DNA of 64,000 nucleotides from Dimorphilus gyrociliatus. Its lineage: Eukaryota > Animalia > Annelida. The stretch covers positions 1,116,001 to 1,180,000 of the forward strand of contig CAJFCJ010000002.1 of the NCBI GenBank assembly GCA_904063045.1, written 5' to 3'. Shown here piece after piece: positions 15,867 to 26,280 of the stretch. Position numbers and translations under genes: made by a program. The notes under the pieces were generated by a model. It made no database searches. It was given only the letters and a program-made list of their open reading frames with translations, and was not told the DNA's origin. Numbering within the stretch: position 1 is the stretch's first letter; the number at the start of each line of letters is the position of its first letter.

Positions 15867-17510
15867 TCAGATAACTAGACCGGCAACGGCTGCAGTTAAT
15901 AAACAAGCGAAATTTCCAGCTATGAAAGCTCTCACTGCAACACCGGTAATTTGGGCTGGAGGAATCATAAATTTACTTGTAAAAAAAATACTTTTAAAAA
16001 AATTTTATCTTTCTGTACCCGTTTTGTGGGGAGCGATAGCACAAAGGAATCCGACGTTAGTTCCCAGAGTTCCAAAGTTAGAAAAACCACACAAAGCGAA
16101 AGTAGCTAGAGACTCTGACCGTTCAGAAATAGATGGTTTTAAACCATTTAATCTGTTATCTATCAATTTTTTCAAGTCCGTATAAGCAACAAATTCATTG
16201 ATAAACGTTTTTGTCGCAAAAAGCTCTCCAACAAGAAGACAATCGCTCCGATCAATGCCACTTAAATAAATTAAAGGATATAGGATGTAAGATGATGCCT
16301 TTTGTAATGTAAAATTAGATAATCCAACTCGTCCTGACATCCAAGCAAAAAATGAATTTATGAAAGACACAAGAGCAATAAATGCCATAAGGGTTGCCAG
16401 AATACGACAAATCATTTTCACTGCTTCAGCAGCTCCTCTCCTAAATGTTTCTGTTATTGAACAACGTTCCGGTTTCTGATATTCTAAAGTCGATGAATTG
16501 ATAATATCTGGGCCAATTAATAATTTTGATAGACCCAATGCGGCGGGAGCTGACAGTAAAGAAGCCGTTATCAAATGTCGACCACTGATTCCTATATTGA
16601 CGTATACAGCTACCATTCCAGCGTCGATCGCAGCCAAACCACAAGACATTACCGTATGAATCTCAGATCTACTCATTTTAGCTATCATCGGCTGAACAAG
16701 TTGAATTGAATTCTCAGGGCCTAGAAAAATATTTGCACCAGCCAAAAATGATTCGCCGGCAGTCGTACTAAGGAGATGGTGTAAAAGTGCACCAACTTTA
16801 GATACACCCCATTGTAGAAACCCTATACGCTCCAACACTTTGCTAAGGCCGTTAAAAAATATCATCCGAGGCATAACCTCCATAGCGAATGAATGTAGTT
16901 TGTATTTTTCACCAAATAGAAACTTACTACCTTCATCCGAATATTCACCAAGAGCTTTTAAACCATCGCCAATAGCAGATAGGATGCTTCGAAAAGTATT
17001 CCATTTAAGCGAAAGAACTCCTAGTATTAGTTGTAGAGTAATTGAATAAAATGCAATTTCCCAATTAGATTTTCGAATATTATCCGAAAAAATGCAACAG
17101 ATTAAGAGAACTGCTAATATTCCACCGAATCCACGAAGTTGAATTAAAGACTTTCGACGACTTATAATAATATAGATTGTTATCCCAAGGAATAAGAATA
17201 TGTAACAGATAATTTTATGGCTTCTTTGTACTTTCCTGAATAGCTTTTTAATAAATTCTTGAAATTTCATAAACTTTTCAAATCTCTCCAAAAATCGAAA
17301 ACCAAAAATTATCGTTATCAAACATACTAACACTAATAAAGCGATATGACCGTTGAAATTCTTCTGAATGACATAAATAGAAAAGCCTATAAAGATCAAG
17401 ATAGCCAAAGGAATACAAAATTTCTGTAGAGGTTTTACAAATCTCAGTAAGATGAAAAAGATCCTTTTACGAATGTTGAAGATTTGTAAGGCAAACCGTC
17501 GAAAATTCAT
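15867..17510 (-). CDS. SLC28: Concentrative sodium/nucleoside cotransporter (SLC28/CNT family), two exons
   Basis: Multi-TM ORF with SDEGSKFLFG, FAMEVMPRMIFF, TKTFINEFVAY and ATFALCGFSNFGT motifs. A 63-nt intron (15956-16018) restores the typical C-terminus RAFIAGNFACLLTAAVAGLVI-stop. Confidence 0.93.
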
Positions 17511-17689
17511 GCTAGTGATGTTGAACCACTTAATCTATAGATCCTTATGATATTGATAACATTCAACTGATAAAGTGATTTTTTTATACAACTATATTTT
17601 TGAAATTTAGCATTGAAACGCAGTCGCAACATTTTGGCTGTATTACAAAAGGAGCCGTATTTTGCTATGAAAAAGACAATATTTTGAGA

Positions 17690-17900
17690 TATATATATAC
17701 ATGTTTATGTAAGTATATATACATACATATATATTTATATATATATATATATGTGTATACATTTACAGATAAACATGCATATTTATATACATTTATATAT
17801 ATATACACAAATATACTTATATACATGCATACACTTATACAAGTATACTTTTATATATCTTGGGTATAAATATATAACTGTATATATATAGTCATACATA
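17690..17900. repeat. TA-rich low-complexity tract
   Basis: Interrupted (TA)n/(TACA)n run between the Ssdp 3' end and the SLC28 start. Confidence 0.85.
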
Positions 17901-18208
17901 TACATATTTGAGAGCTATATGACTATTTGTCTCCTATTTACATCAAATTTTCTGGCTTTTCACATGTAACTGAATAATAGATATAAATAACAGAAAAATT
18001 GATCGAAAACAAACATTTTGTACACATTCTTTTAAATACAAGACATTATCAAAAAACGTCAAGAATATTTTTTCATTCGTCATTTCGTAAAACACTACTG
18101 AACATATAATTAATAAAATGACATATTTTTTGATCACAACGCAATGAAATGTCTGATGACTAGAATGCCCTCAATACGACGTTGTCGTTGGTCTCCTCTT
18201 CACTTCTG

Positions 18209-21200
18209 CTATATGGAAGAATAATAGTCTGAGTTCGGACCTGGACCGCCAGGAGGAGCAGCTGTTGAAGTCGGTTGACTAGCGCCATCTGGTGTGTCTT
18301 TTTCGAAACGTTTTGCTTCTTCTTGCATTGTTTCCTTGATTTTAAGTATGGCAGAAGCTTCAGTCGAATCCTGTGTTTATATCAAAGTTTATAACTTTCT
18401 AAAGGGAAAAAGTTGTCTGCGTTACATTTGACGGCATATTATCCGGATAAGAAGGTAAGTTGTAGTCTGATTGAGAGGAAGGGGGAAGGCTGTCGTCTCT
18501 CGGCGTTGCTGGTCCTCCGTTTGCCGGTGAATTTTTCATCTCCATATTTTCGCCATTCATCATAGGTGGAACGCCATCGGGGCCTGGCATTGGCCCTCCC
18601 ATTCCTCCTTCGTTGCCCATTCCGCCGAATGTTGACATTGCTGCAGGCGCGCCAAGACTATTAGCTCTCATGTAGGCTATGTCACCGCTGTTTGTGGAAT
18701 CGTGACCGGGACTTGGCATAATAGGAGTTCCTGGTCCCCCAGGACCGGTCGGTGGAGGGCCCTATTAGATTTTAATTATTTGATATAAAATTTATACTAC
18801 GATCCAATCTGAAGAAATATTAACTTACATTGAAACCAGCTGGAGACGCTGAACCGTAGCCCATCTGAAAAAAAAAAGATTGTAGAAAAAAGAAAACTCT
18901 TTTCACAGTAAACATGAGAAATCAGGAAAATAGTGAAGAGCCCACACTCACTCTCACATGCTCAACATAGAAAGTGTAAATAGAGAATTAAGAGAAATCG
19001 ATTTATTTTCAAGAAAATTGCTTGAAGAATGAAAATGACTTAATCAAAAACTTTTTGTAATTTAATTTGTCATGAAACCATTTATCCTCTTTCTTTAAGT
19101 ATAAAATGGTAAACATGCTTACTTCCATGTTGCCTCCACAATTCTGCAGCAGAGGGCAGCATAAACATTAGTCAAGAAAAGCTAACGACTCGCTCAAAAA
19201 TATAGTGGGAAAGTACTCACAGACGAATTGGGCGGCCAAGGCCGATTTCCTTGATGGCCCATAGGTACTCCTCCTACGCTACCTGGACCCATAGAAGTTG
19301 GTGGCAGGCCTCTCATTCCAAAGCCCTAGTTTTTAATGGATAAAATGAAATATTTTGCAGGTAAGCAAATAATAATTAAACGTACTGGTGTCATTGGTGC
19401 ACCAGGTGCCATAGGCATTCTTCCAGGTGGTGTGCTCATTCGTTGCATCATGGGACCTGACAAAAATAAATATTTTATCTTTCATATTCAAGGAAAAGAA
19501 AGCGTTTTAGTATGATAATTTGAACAAAGTTATATACATATACATAGAAGATGCCCGAAGGCATAAGTGCGCTTCGCTTTTTATTATACGCTGTCGCGTA
19601 CGAACGACGTTCAAATGGGTGTGTACGTACGAATACGTGCAAAAAGTCTTATCAAAGAATTGGCAACGCGTTCGTTGTTTCTTAATGAAGCTAATATAGA
19701 GAAATCATTACTCTCTTTCAAATTTCATAAATCTTGTTGTCTTCGTATAACAAAATTATTATTACCTTGAACGAAATCAACTCCCGGTTGACTTCCTGGC
19801 ATCCTTACTGGACCGGGAGGGCCTCGTGGACCATAGCCTCGAGGTGACATAAAAGGCTGTATGAAGAAAGAAAAAGTTATAAATGGAATTAACTAGGGGT
19901 GCGAGTCGGTCGATTTTGAATTAATAGGCGCTTCTATGACAAAACAGAGTTTTTAATTAGCGATCGCCTAGTGTATACTGCATAACGCGCTAATAATTGC
20001 GCATTAGCGCACTTACAATACGCCATTGATAATGAGTAATAGGAAATTGAATGCTTGAAGGCCTAGCGGCGATTTTAAGCAAATATGCTGCTGTGGTGTA
20101 TTTAAGCGATTAAGTTGGCTTTTCACAAACGGTCTGAGATAAGAAATTCAATCTATTTCATCAATTAACGCTGTCAGTCGACTCTGAAATCGTGCTTAAT
20201 ACGGCCGATCGTGTTTATATTTTATTGCATTGGGCATAATAGAATTTCTATAAATAGGTTACGTTTCAAGAAGTAAAGGAAGCTATTCGATTTTCAAGCA
20301 TTCGTCTAATGGTGTTTTGACAGCGAGTAAAAGGCCAACCTTAATGCCTACTGATATGGAACGTTTTCTCATTACATTCTAAATGCTACTTACATCCAAG
20401 CAAGCAGCTGTTTACTCATTCTTTCTACCGTCATTCATCATTCGGGCAGCTGTATCTCTTAACAACCGCCTCGACTGACAATATTTCGAATACTGTCCTA
20501 TATCAACTTTGGAATTTGTACTACTACTATCCAACGCTCATTGGTTGAACGTCGTGTGACGTCATTATTTTCTTGGCGCCACTTTACGCCTTGTTGGCGG
20601 AGTGAACCGTTTGGACTAATAGCAAAGAGTAAGAAGAAGATTTCGTTCTCAGGTGAGTCTTTATTTATTCTACTTTATCGCTTTAGACATATAAACTAAT
20701 AGATTACAAGTACGAACCTAATTATGTAAATTGTATCTACAAACGAAAGAAGCAAACAACATAGTGCATGTGTGCATGATCCCGCACGGTTTCCATTAGA
20801 TAAATACCCGTGAGGCCATAAAGCGCAAATTGCCTGGACCAGTTTCGGGAGCTTATTTGCAAAAACTTTAAGTGTTGCATCTAAGATATTGAATTATCTT
20901 CGTAAGTCAATACACAGATTAGTGTACTTAAAGACTAATGAATAATAATAATAATAATTCAATAGAACGCTCATGAACAAAACGATTTTTGTTGAGATTT
21001 TTCATTTAATTTAAAAGCAATTGTATTAATAGAAATACAACTAATTTAGCGTTTAAAATGATAGGTTTTCTATTAAGTAAATCAAGTTGTATATTTATAA
21101 GAATTACATGCACACACGCTTATGTGCTACTTGCATATACATGTATATCTATAATCTATATCCATATATATATATGTTCTATGTCTTTAAATATCTTATT

Positions 21201-24011
21201 ATTTTTTACTTATATGTCTTTATATCATGAAAAGATATATTTATATCTCTTAAAAGCCTTCAATTTAGTGCATACTCGTAATCCAACCATTCAAGAGAGA
21301 ATAATCTCCCGAAACCGTTCCATACAATAGGTATTTCACACTTTTTATATAACTCATACTCCTTAAGACTCCAAGTGTATTTAGTGACCACTGGGTATAA
21401 GAAATTTTTGAAATGTTTTCGTCAAAAGCAACTGTCAAACTCTATGGTGGCGATCATTTATAAAGCAGTCATCGGTGCGCGAGCGGCTTTTTTCGCCTTT
21501 TTACTGCCTAAGGCTTAGTTCTAATTGCTTACGCAGCTGCCCCGTGAAAGTCAGCCGCTTGAGGGCGGTAAGGGAAATTCATTACAATAGCCGATAGATG
21601 GCGATCAATGTTGGTTAATATATCAAGCGCCATCTATCACCTGTTCAACAAGCAACGACATCACACTCACTTGCTGTGCAGAATGAGGCGGTGGCAAGGG
21701 CGATGTTGCGGACACTGCATGACCGGGAAGGGGTTGAGGAGGTGAAGCACGAGGTGGCTGCAGAGCAACAAGCATGCGCAAAAAAAGGAAAAATACGGTT
21801 CACATCAATCATCAACAAAAATAAGAACACACGACCCGCCCCCATTTTCCTACTACTACCCTGCGATGCGTAGGGATGCGCAGCGAACTCTAGTGGAATA
21901 CTCACAGGAAAGAAGCTCGGGGGCATTCCAGTGGCAGGTCCAGCCATTCCATCTTGTGGCGGTCCTAGCGGACTGGGTGCTGACGGATTCTGCAAACAAC
22001 AATGAGAAAGTAGACCACATTACGTAAGCGGCACGTGTTGACGGGCACACATGCAGATACACCTCTTTGCTATGTACACGAAAATACAATGACGACCGCA
22101 CCACCATTGCAGCGATGCCAATCGATAAGCTAACCCTTTCCCTCCCACATCACGCGCCGCTTCCACACATACGCACGTAGATAGTATAGACACGCTGTAT
22201 AGCTAGCTCTACTTCTACCCATATAAAGAATTTACTATTCCTATTTGTTGGAACAAATTTTAAAATATATTTATTTATTAGTTTGACCGGAAAACTGAAG
22301 GTCGATATCGTTAGAACGCATTAGCGGACAGTTTGATGACAGTGAGTTTACGCGAGCGAGTGCGCGCACGACGACTACTGCAAAAAATCCAAACCACCAG
22401 AAGCAGTCGGTGTAGGGTTAAAACGACACGCTCTAAGCGCCGCGCGCCCAGTACCGGGTCACAGCTTCCACAGCTTCCTGAGTGAGTGGAAGGTTGGAAC
22501 CACCATGTTTCGCCTGTCGTCAAAATTAGCTAACCGCTTAATGCTGGTACTTAAAATTCATATGTCTACATAAATATTTAAATACAGATTTATTAAAAGT
22601 TATCAAATCTGCTTTTAAACATAAATTATCAAACGCAAGGAATGAGTAGCCCGTCTAATGAAGAACTCAGCTGTTTTGCAGAGCAAGCGGGTCATTAGAA
22701 ATCAATTTTTACTCAAAGAAACAAGCAGCAGAAGTCGTCGGCCAAGTCAGTCGACAACGTATCTGCGGGCAACGCGCCACTTCTAGACCTGACCTAGTTA
22801 GACGCAGGTGAACGCAAACAAGTCGAGAGCAAAAAACAAGTGTACATATTTCGCAAAACGCATCAATAAACTCAAAGTAAACAATAGCAACACCGCAAAC
22901 GTCGGACTGGAGAAGCGCGCGGAGGCGAGAAGGTTAAGGGGTCCTACGGTAACTTGCAGTTGAGTTGCTTTGACGGCAAAACGAACTAAGAACCGTTCGC
23001 TACCGTAAACTAGCATTGAACACTCTGTCTATCAACCGATTGACCAACGTCTTCTACTTTCTTTCTATCCATTCCACACAACAAGTAGGGAGGGATTTTT
23101 TTTACTTACGTGCGTCATTCCATTTACCCCATAGCCGGAATTGACGAATCCCTATGTTACAGAAGAAAAAATTCTTTCAAAAAGCAGGCAAGATTTGACC
23201 TACATTTTTACGGGCGCCATTCATAACGTTATTGCTAATCGAATATAGGCGCAAAAAGTCTCACGTGCAAGAGTCAGATAAGCGCCAGTTTTCTTTCTCC
23301 CTTTTCACTCGATCTTTAATATAGACATGTACACGTACACTCGTGCACAAACGGAAATATTCAAAAAAAAAGAACTGATATCCAAAGTATATATATGTAT
23401 ATGTATATGTGTATGTATATACTGAAAGTTATCTACATAAAGCTTATATAAAGTATATACAAATGCATTCACACAAATATATGTATATATATATATATAT
23501 ATACAGTGTATATATATTTTATATTTTTGTACTTTCATAATTTAAACTCTATACTCTATTCTAAGGTATATCTTTTACAGCTCTTTTTGAATGTTTACAA
23601 GTAAACAAAAAATAGTGCTAGATACATACATATATATATATACAAACTGAGAACTTATTTAAAATACTACAATATACTGTATATTAACAAAAATTTAGTT
23701 TATGAACAAACATGCGTACATATTCTCACTCATGAAGATGTATATATATATATATATATATACTGTATGTGTCACACAAATGCATATAGATGTTGAATTA
23801 TAAAATGGATTAATTGAAGTATAGCGATTTCTACATTCACATATACATCCGAAAATATAGTATAGCATACAGTAAGCAAGTGGAACATACATGTACGTAT
23901 TATAATTTGATATGAGGAAGTTTTTATATTATAAAATTCTACTTTTACAATATATACGACAAATTTCTTTCTCTCCTAAAATACCAACATTGATCTATAT
24001 ACGCATTTATT

Positions 24012-24053
<42 letters not shown>

Positions 24054-25192
24054 TATGTATGGGAAGAAATAAAAGTATACGCTCTATAGATATTTATATG
24101 ATTTACAAATTTAAATATACGTGTAGACATAGACGTATCTATGTATAGTTTACATTTCTCAAAAATAACGTGATATATATGTCCTATATATAAATAGTTA
24201 TATACATATTTATTTATCTATTTGGATATGGACCTATATAAATAACTATTGTCACCTAAAAAAAGTTTTTCAAGTTTTCTTTTAAACGTAAAACAACGAC
24301 GCAACGAGGCATTAAAACGACCTAAACGCCCAACTGTACATATACAATACATCGTACATTTATCATGTAATGTATTTATTATTTTGCCCGTCCATCACTT
24401 ATCATTCGGTTGTCTAGGTGACGGCTTGGGCTCGACGTCGTCGCTTGTGAATATTACATGAACAAACAAGTCGGAATTGAACATAAAAAACTCGACTGCA
24501 AAAATTGGCGCATGCGCAGCGCCAATCACGACGAATATTTAACGCAGTGTATTTTTTTCGACGACAGATGCCACGTCGTGACCTTTGACCTACTCGGCAG
24601 CCCGAGCTATTGTGCAAAACGTTCGAAAAAGAGAAAAAGAGAATCTACAAGTACGTACATAATCGTGGAATGCTTTAGCTTCCGAGGAGTGATCGCAGGA
24701 GTCCCTCCGTTCCGGGGCGGCACAATAAAGATCCCAAAAAACGCTGTTTTCAAGTTATAAAAAGAAGAGAATGCGAGAGAGGAACATTGAGAATAGAAGA
24801 AACTCACCACCACCAGGAATGAAGAAATCCGGGCGGTTCACCTAACGTAATATTCTTTTCCCATCGAATCTAAACATGGAAACAGGAATGACTTACTAGA
24901 CAATTAAACGTGAATGAAATACGCATGTCTTTCAATTAGAAAATTATCCTTTCAATAAAATATCCTTAAAGGTAAATAATTTTGTTCGAACCTCCGATAA
25001 GAAAGATTGTGCAGCTTTTTGAGCCCCAACATGAATGAGGTATTCGTAGACATACAGTGCTAACCTAAAAGAGAGAATACGAAAAATGTATTAACATTCG
25101 AAAACAAGGTTTCGAACGAAATAAAAGCAAACTCACTTTTCTCTTGCTTGCGCATCTGATGGTACGGACGATCCCTTTCCCTTGCTGTACAT
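18209..25192 (-). CDS. SSBP: Single-stranded DNA-binding protein 2/3/4 family (Ssdp, LDB1/Chip cofactor)
   Basis: ATG 25192: [19 protein letters not shown]|[24 protein letters not shown]|[20 protein letters not shown]|[29 protein letters not shown] (LUFS domain over 4 exons). Then Pro/Gly/Met-rich exons and the C-terminal [19 protein letters not shown] motif. Stop TAG 18209-18211. Confidence 0.95.
20394..20660. promoter_or_regulatory. Putative intronic bidirectional promoter within Ssdp
   Basis: CpG-enriched island with ATTGG (20540-20544) and CRE TGACGTCA (20557-20564). Flanked by outward-facing consensus donors: AG|GTGAGT (+, 20653) and GAT|GTAAGT (-, 20393). Confidence 0.45.
21591..21640. 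promoter_or_regulatory. Inverted pair of CTCF-like motifs (11-bp perfect inverted repeat)
   Basis: GATAGATGGCG (21593-21603) and CGCCATCTATC (21628-21638), 24-nt spacer, in an Ssdp intron. Confidence 0.55.
23300..24250. repeat. About 0.9 kb TA-rich low-complexity intronic region
   Basis: Several (TA)6-10 runs and TATAC/GTATA variants inside the largest Ssdp intron. The ORFs predicted here are I/Y-rich artefacts. Confidence 0.85.
24508..24526. promoter_or_regulatory. NRF1 + CCAAT motif pair in Ssdp intron
   Basis: Perfect GCGCATGCGC (24508-24517) and CCAAT (24522-24526), about 140 nt past the last LUFS exon. Confidence 0.4.
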
Positions 25193-25474
25193 TATCTAGC
25201 TGATCCGATTTTCAAGCCATCAAGGGCAATTTTTAGCGTCTAGTTGCCCTGGAAACTCGGCCGGGTAAAATAGTCTCGAAAAAGAATTCCAAACGAAATC
25301 TACGTTCACCCTTAACAGTCAAAAACAACACACACAACGAACACTGCGCGCCCAACTATACTATTCGGTATTCACCTAAGGTATCACGTGACTTATATTA
25401 TTTATAGATCTGCCGCGCCATCTAGAGGACGTCACGCCGAAGCAGCAAGATCGTGCATCGATCGGTCAGAACGA
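25193..25474. promoter_or_regulatory. Bidirectional promoter of Ssdp and ATG10
   Basis: 282 bp between divergent ATGs. Contains X-box-like GTTGCCCTGGAAAC (25243-25256), CLEAR-like TCACGTGAC (25384-25392) and CTCF-like CCTCTAGATGGCGC (minus, 25415-25428). Confidence 0.65.
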
Positions 25475-26093
25475 ATGAAAAAAGTTACGCAAGGCTTTCT
25501 GGGGGAAGAGCAATTCTTGGATGAATGTAGAGCTTTCCTTACATTTTCAGACAGAATTGGCGACTCATGGAGTTTAAAAACCCATTCAAATTTACCCTAT
25601 ATATTTAAAAAATCAAAAATTATAGTAAATGCCTTTAATAAATCTTTAGTCGGAAATGAGCCAACGCAGACGGACGATAAAAAAGAAACAGCATGTTTTT
25701 TCCATATAGAATATTACTTAATTTTTAATGTTAGCTACTCAGTCCCTTGTTTGTACATCGTACCCACTTGGCCTAGTAAGTATGCGATTTTATGTTTAGT
25801 TTACATAAAAAGTGATCAGCTCTTTTTTTGGCCGACTAGATGGTACGTTGTTAAGTTTAGAACAAGTTTGGAATTACCTAATAAGAGAGGACGCAACCAT
25901 AGTTGACAAATGGTCCTTTCTTACACAAATAGAGCACCCCTTCTTTGCAAATGTCTGCTACTGGATTCATCCATGCCATACAGCAGCTTGGATGGGAGAT
26001 TATGAAAAAGATCGGTATATTATTCGTTGGATAACAACCCTATCAACAGTTATTCAACTTGAATTGCCCCAGGGTTGGACTTTAAAAGTATAA
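25475..26093 (+). CDS. ATG10: Ubiquitin-like-conjugating enzyme ATG10 (E2-like), two exons
   Basis: IEYYLIFNVSYSVPCLY, a 64-nt intron (25776-25839), then GTLLSLEQVW..FLTQIEHP..YWIHPCHT with the catalytic HPC cysteine. Confidence 0.92.
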
Positions 26094-26207
26094 ATATTGT
26101 TTATGACTCTACCACTCACAAAAAAAATCTCATATAAAACTCAGTCAAAGAAAGGACAGTTAAAAAGATTCGTTAGATGGAGCCATTGTGCGATTCTTAC
26201 CTGAATT

Positions 26208-26217
26208 GCGCATGCGC
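26208..26217. promoter_or_regulatory. NRF1 palindrome upstream of the RTK
   Basis: GCGCATGCGC, 64 bp upstream of the RTK ATG (26281). Confidence 0.5.
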
Positions 26218-26280
26218 CCTACCCTACCTAGGGAGGAGTTTTTGTTTGGGATTGATCGTAATTTACTATTAATATCTGAT

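Noticed and set aside
18281-18294. Perfect CTCF-like motif CACCAGATGGCGCT (also a similar one at about 28751)
   Set aside because: Both lie in coding exons and are explained by the codons for TPDGA and PIDGA. Not counted as regulatory evidence.
21533-21557. Candidate extra Ssdp microexon with AG/GTAAGC boundaries
   Set aside because: 25 nt long, so it would frameshift between phase-0 exons.
22311-23016. GC-rich ORFs suggesting a nested gene in the Ssdp intron
   Set aside because: No frame gave a recognisable protein, and joining the segments needed implausibly short (<35 nt) introns. Treated as regulatory DNA.
23305-24148. I/Y-rich ORFs (also 17600-17869, 21058-21330, 59888-60211)
   Set aside because: Translations of TA microsatellite DNA.
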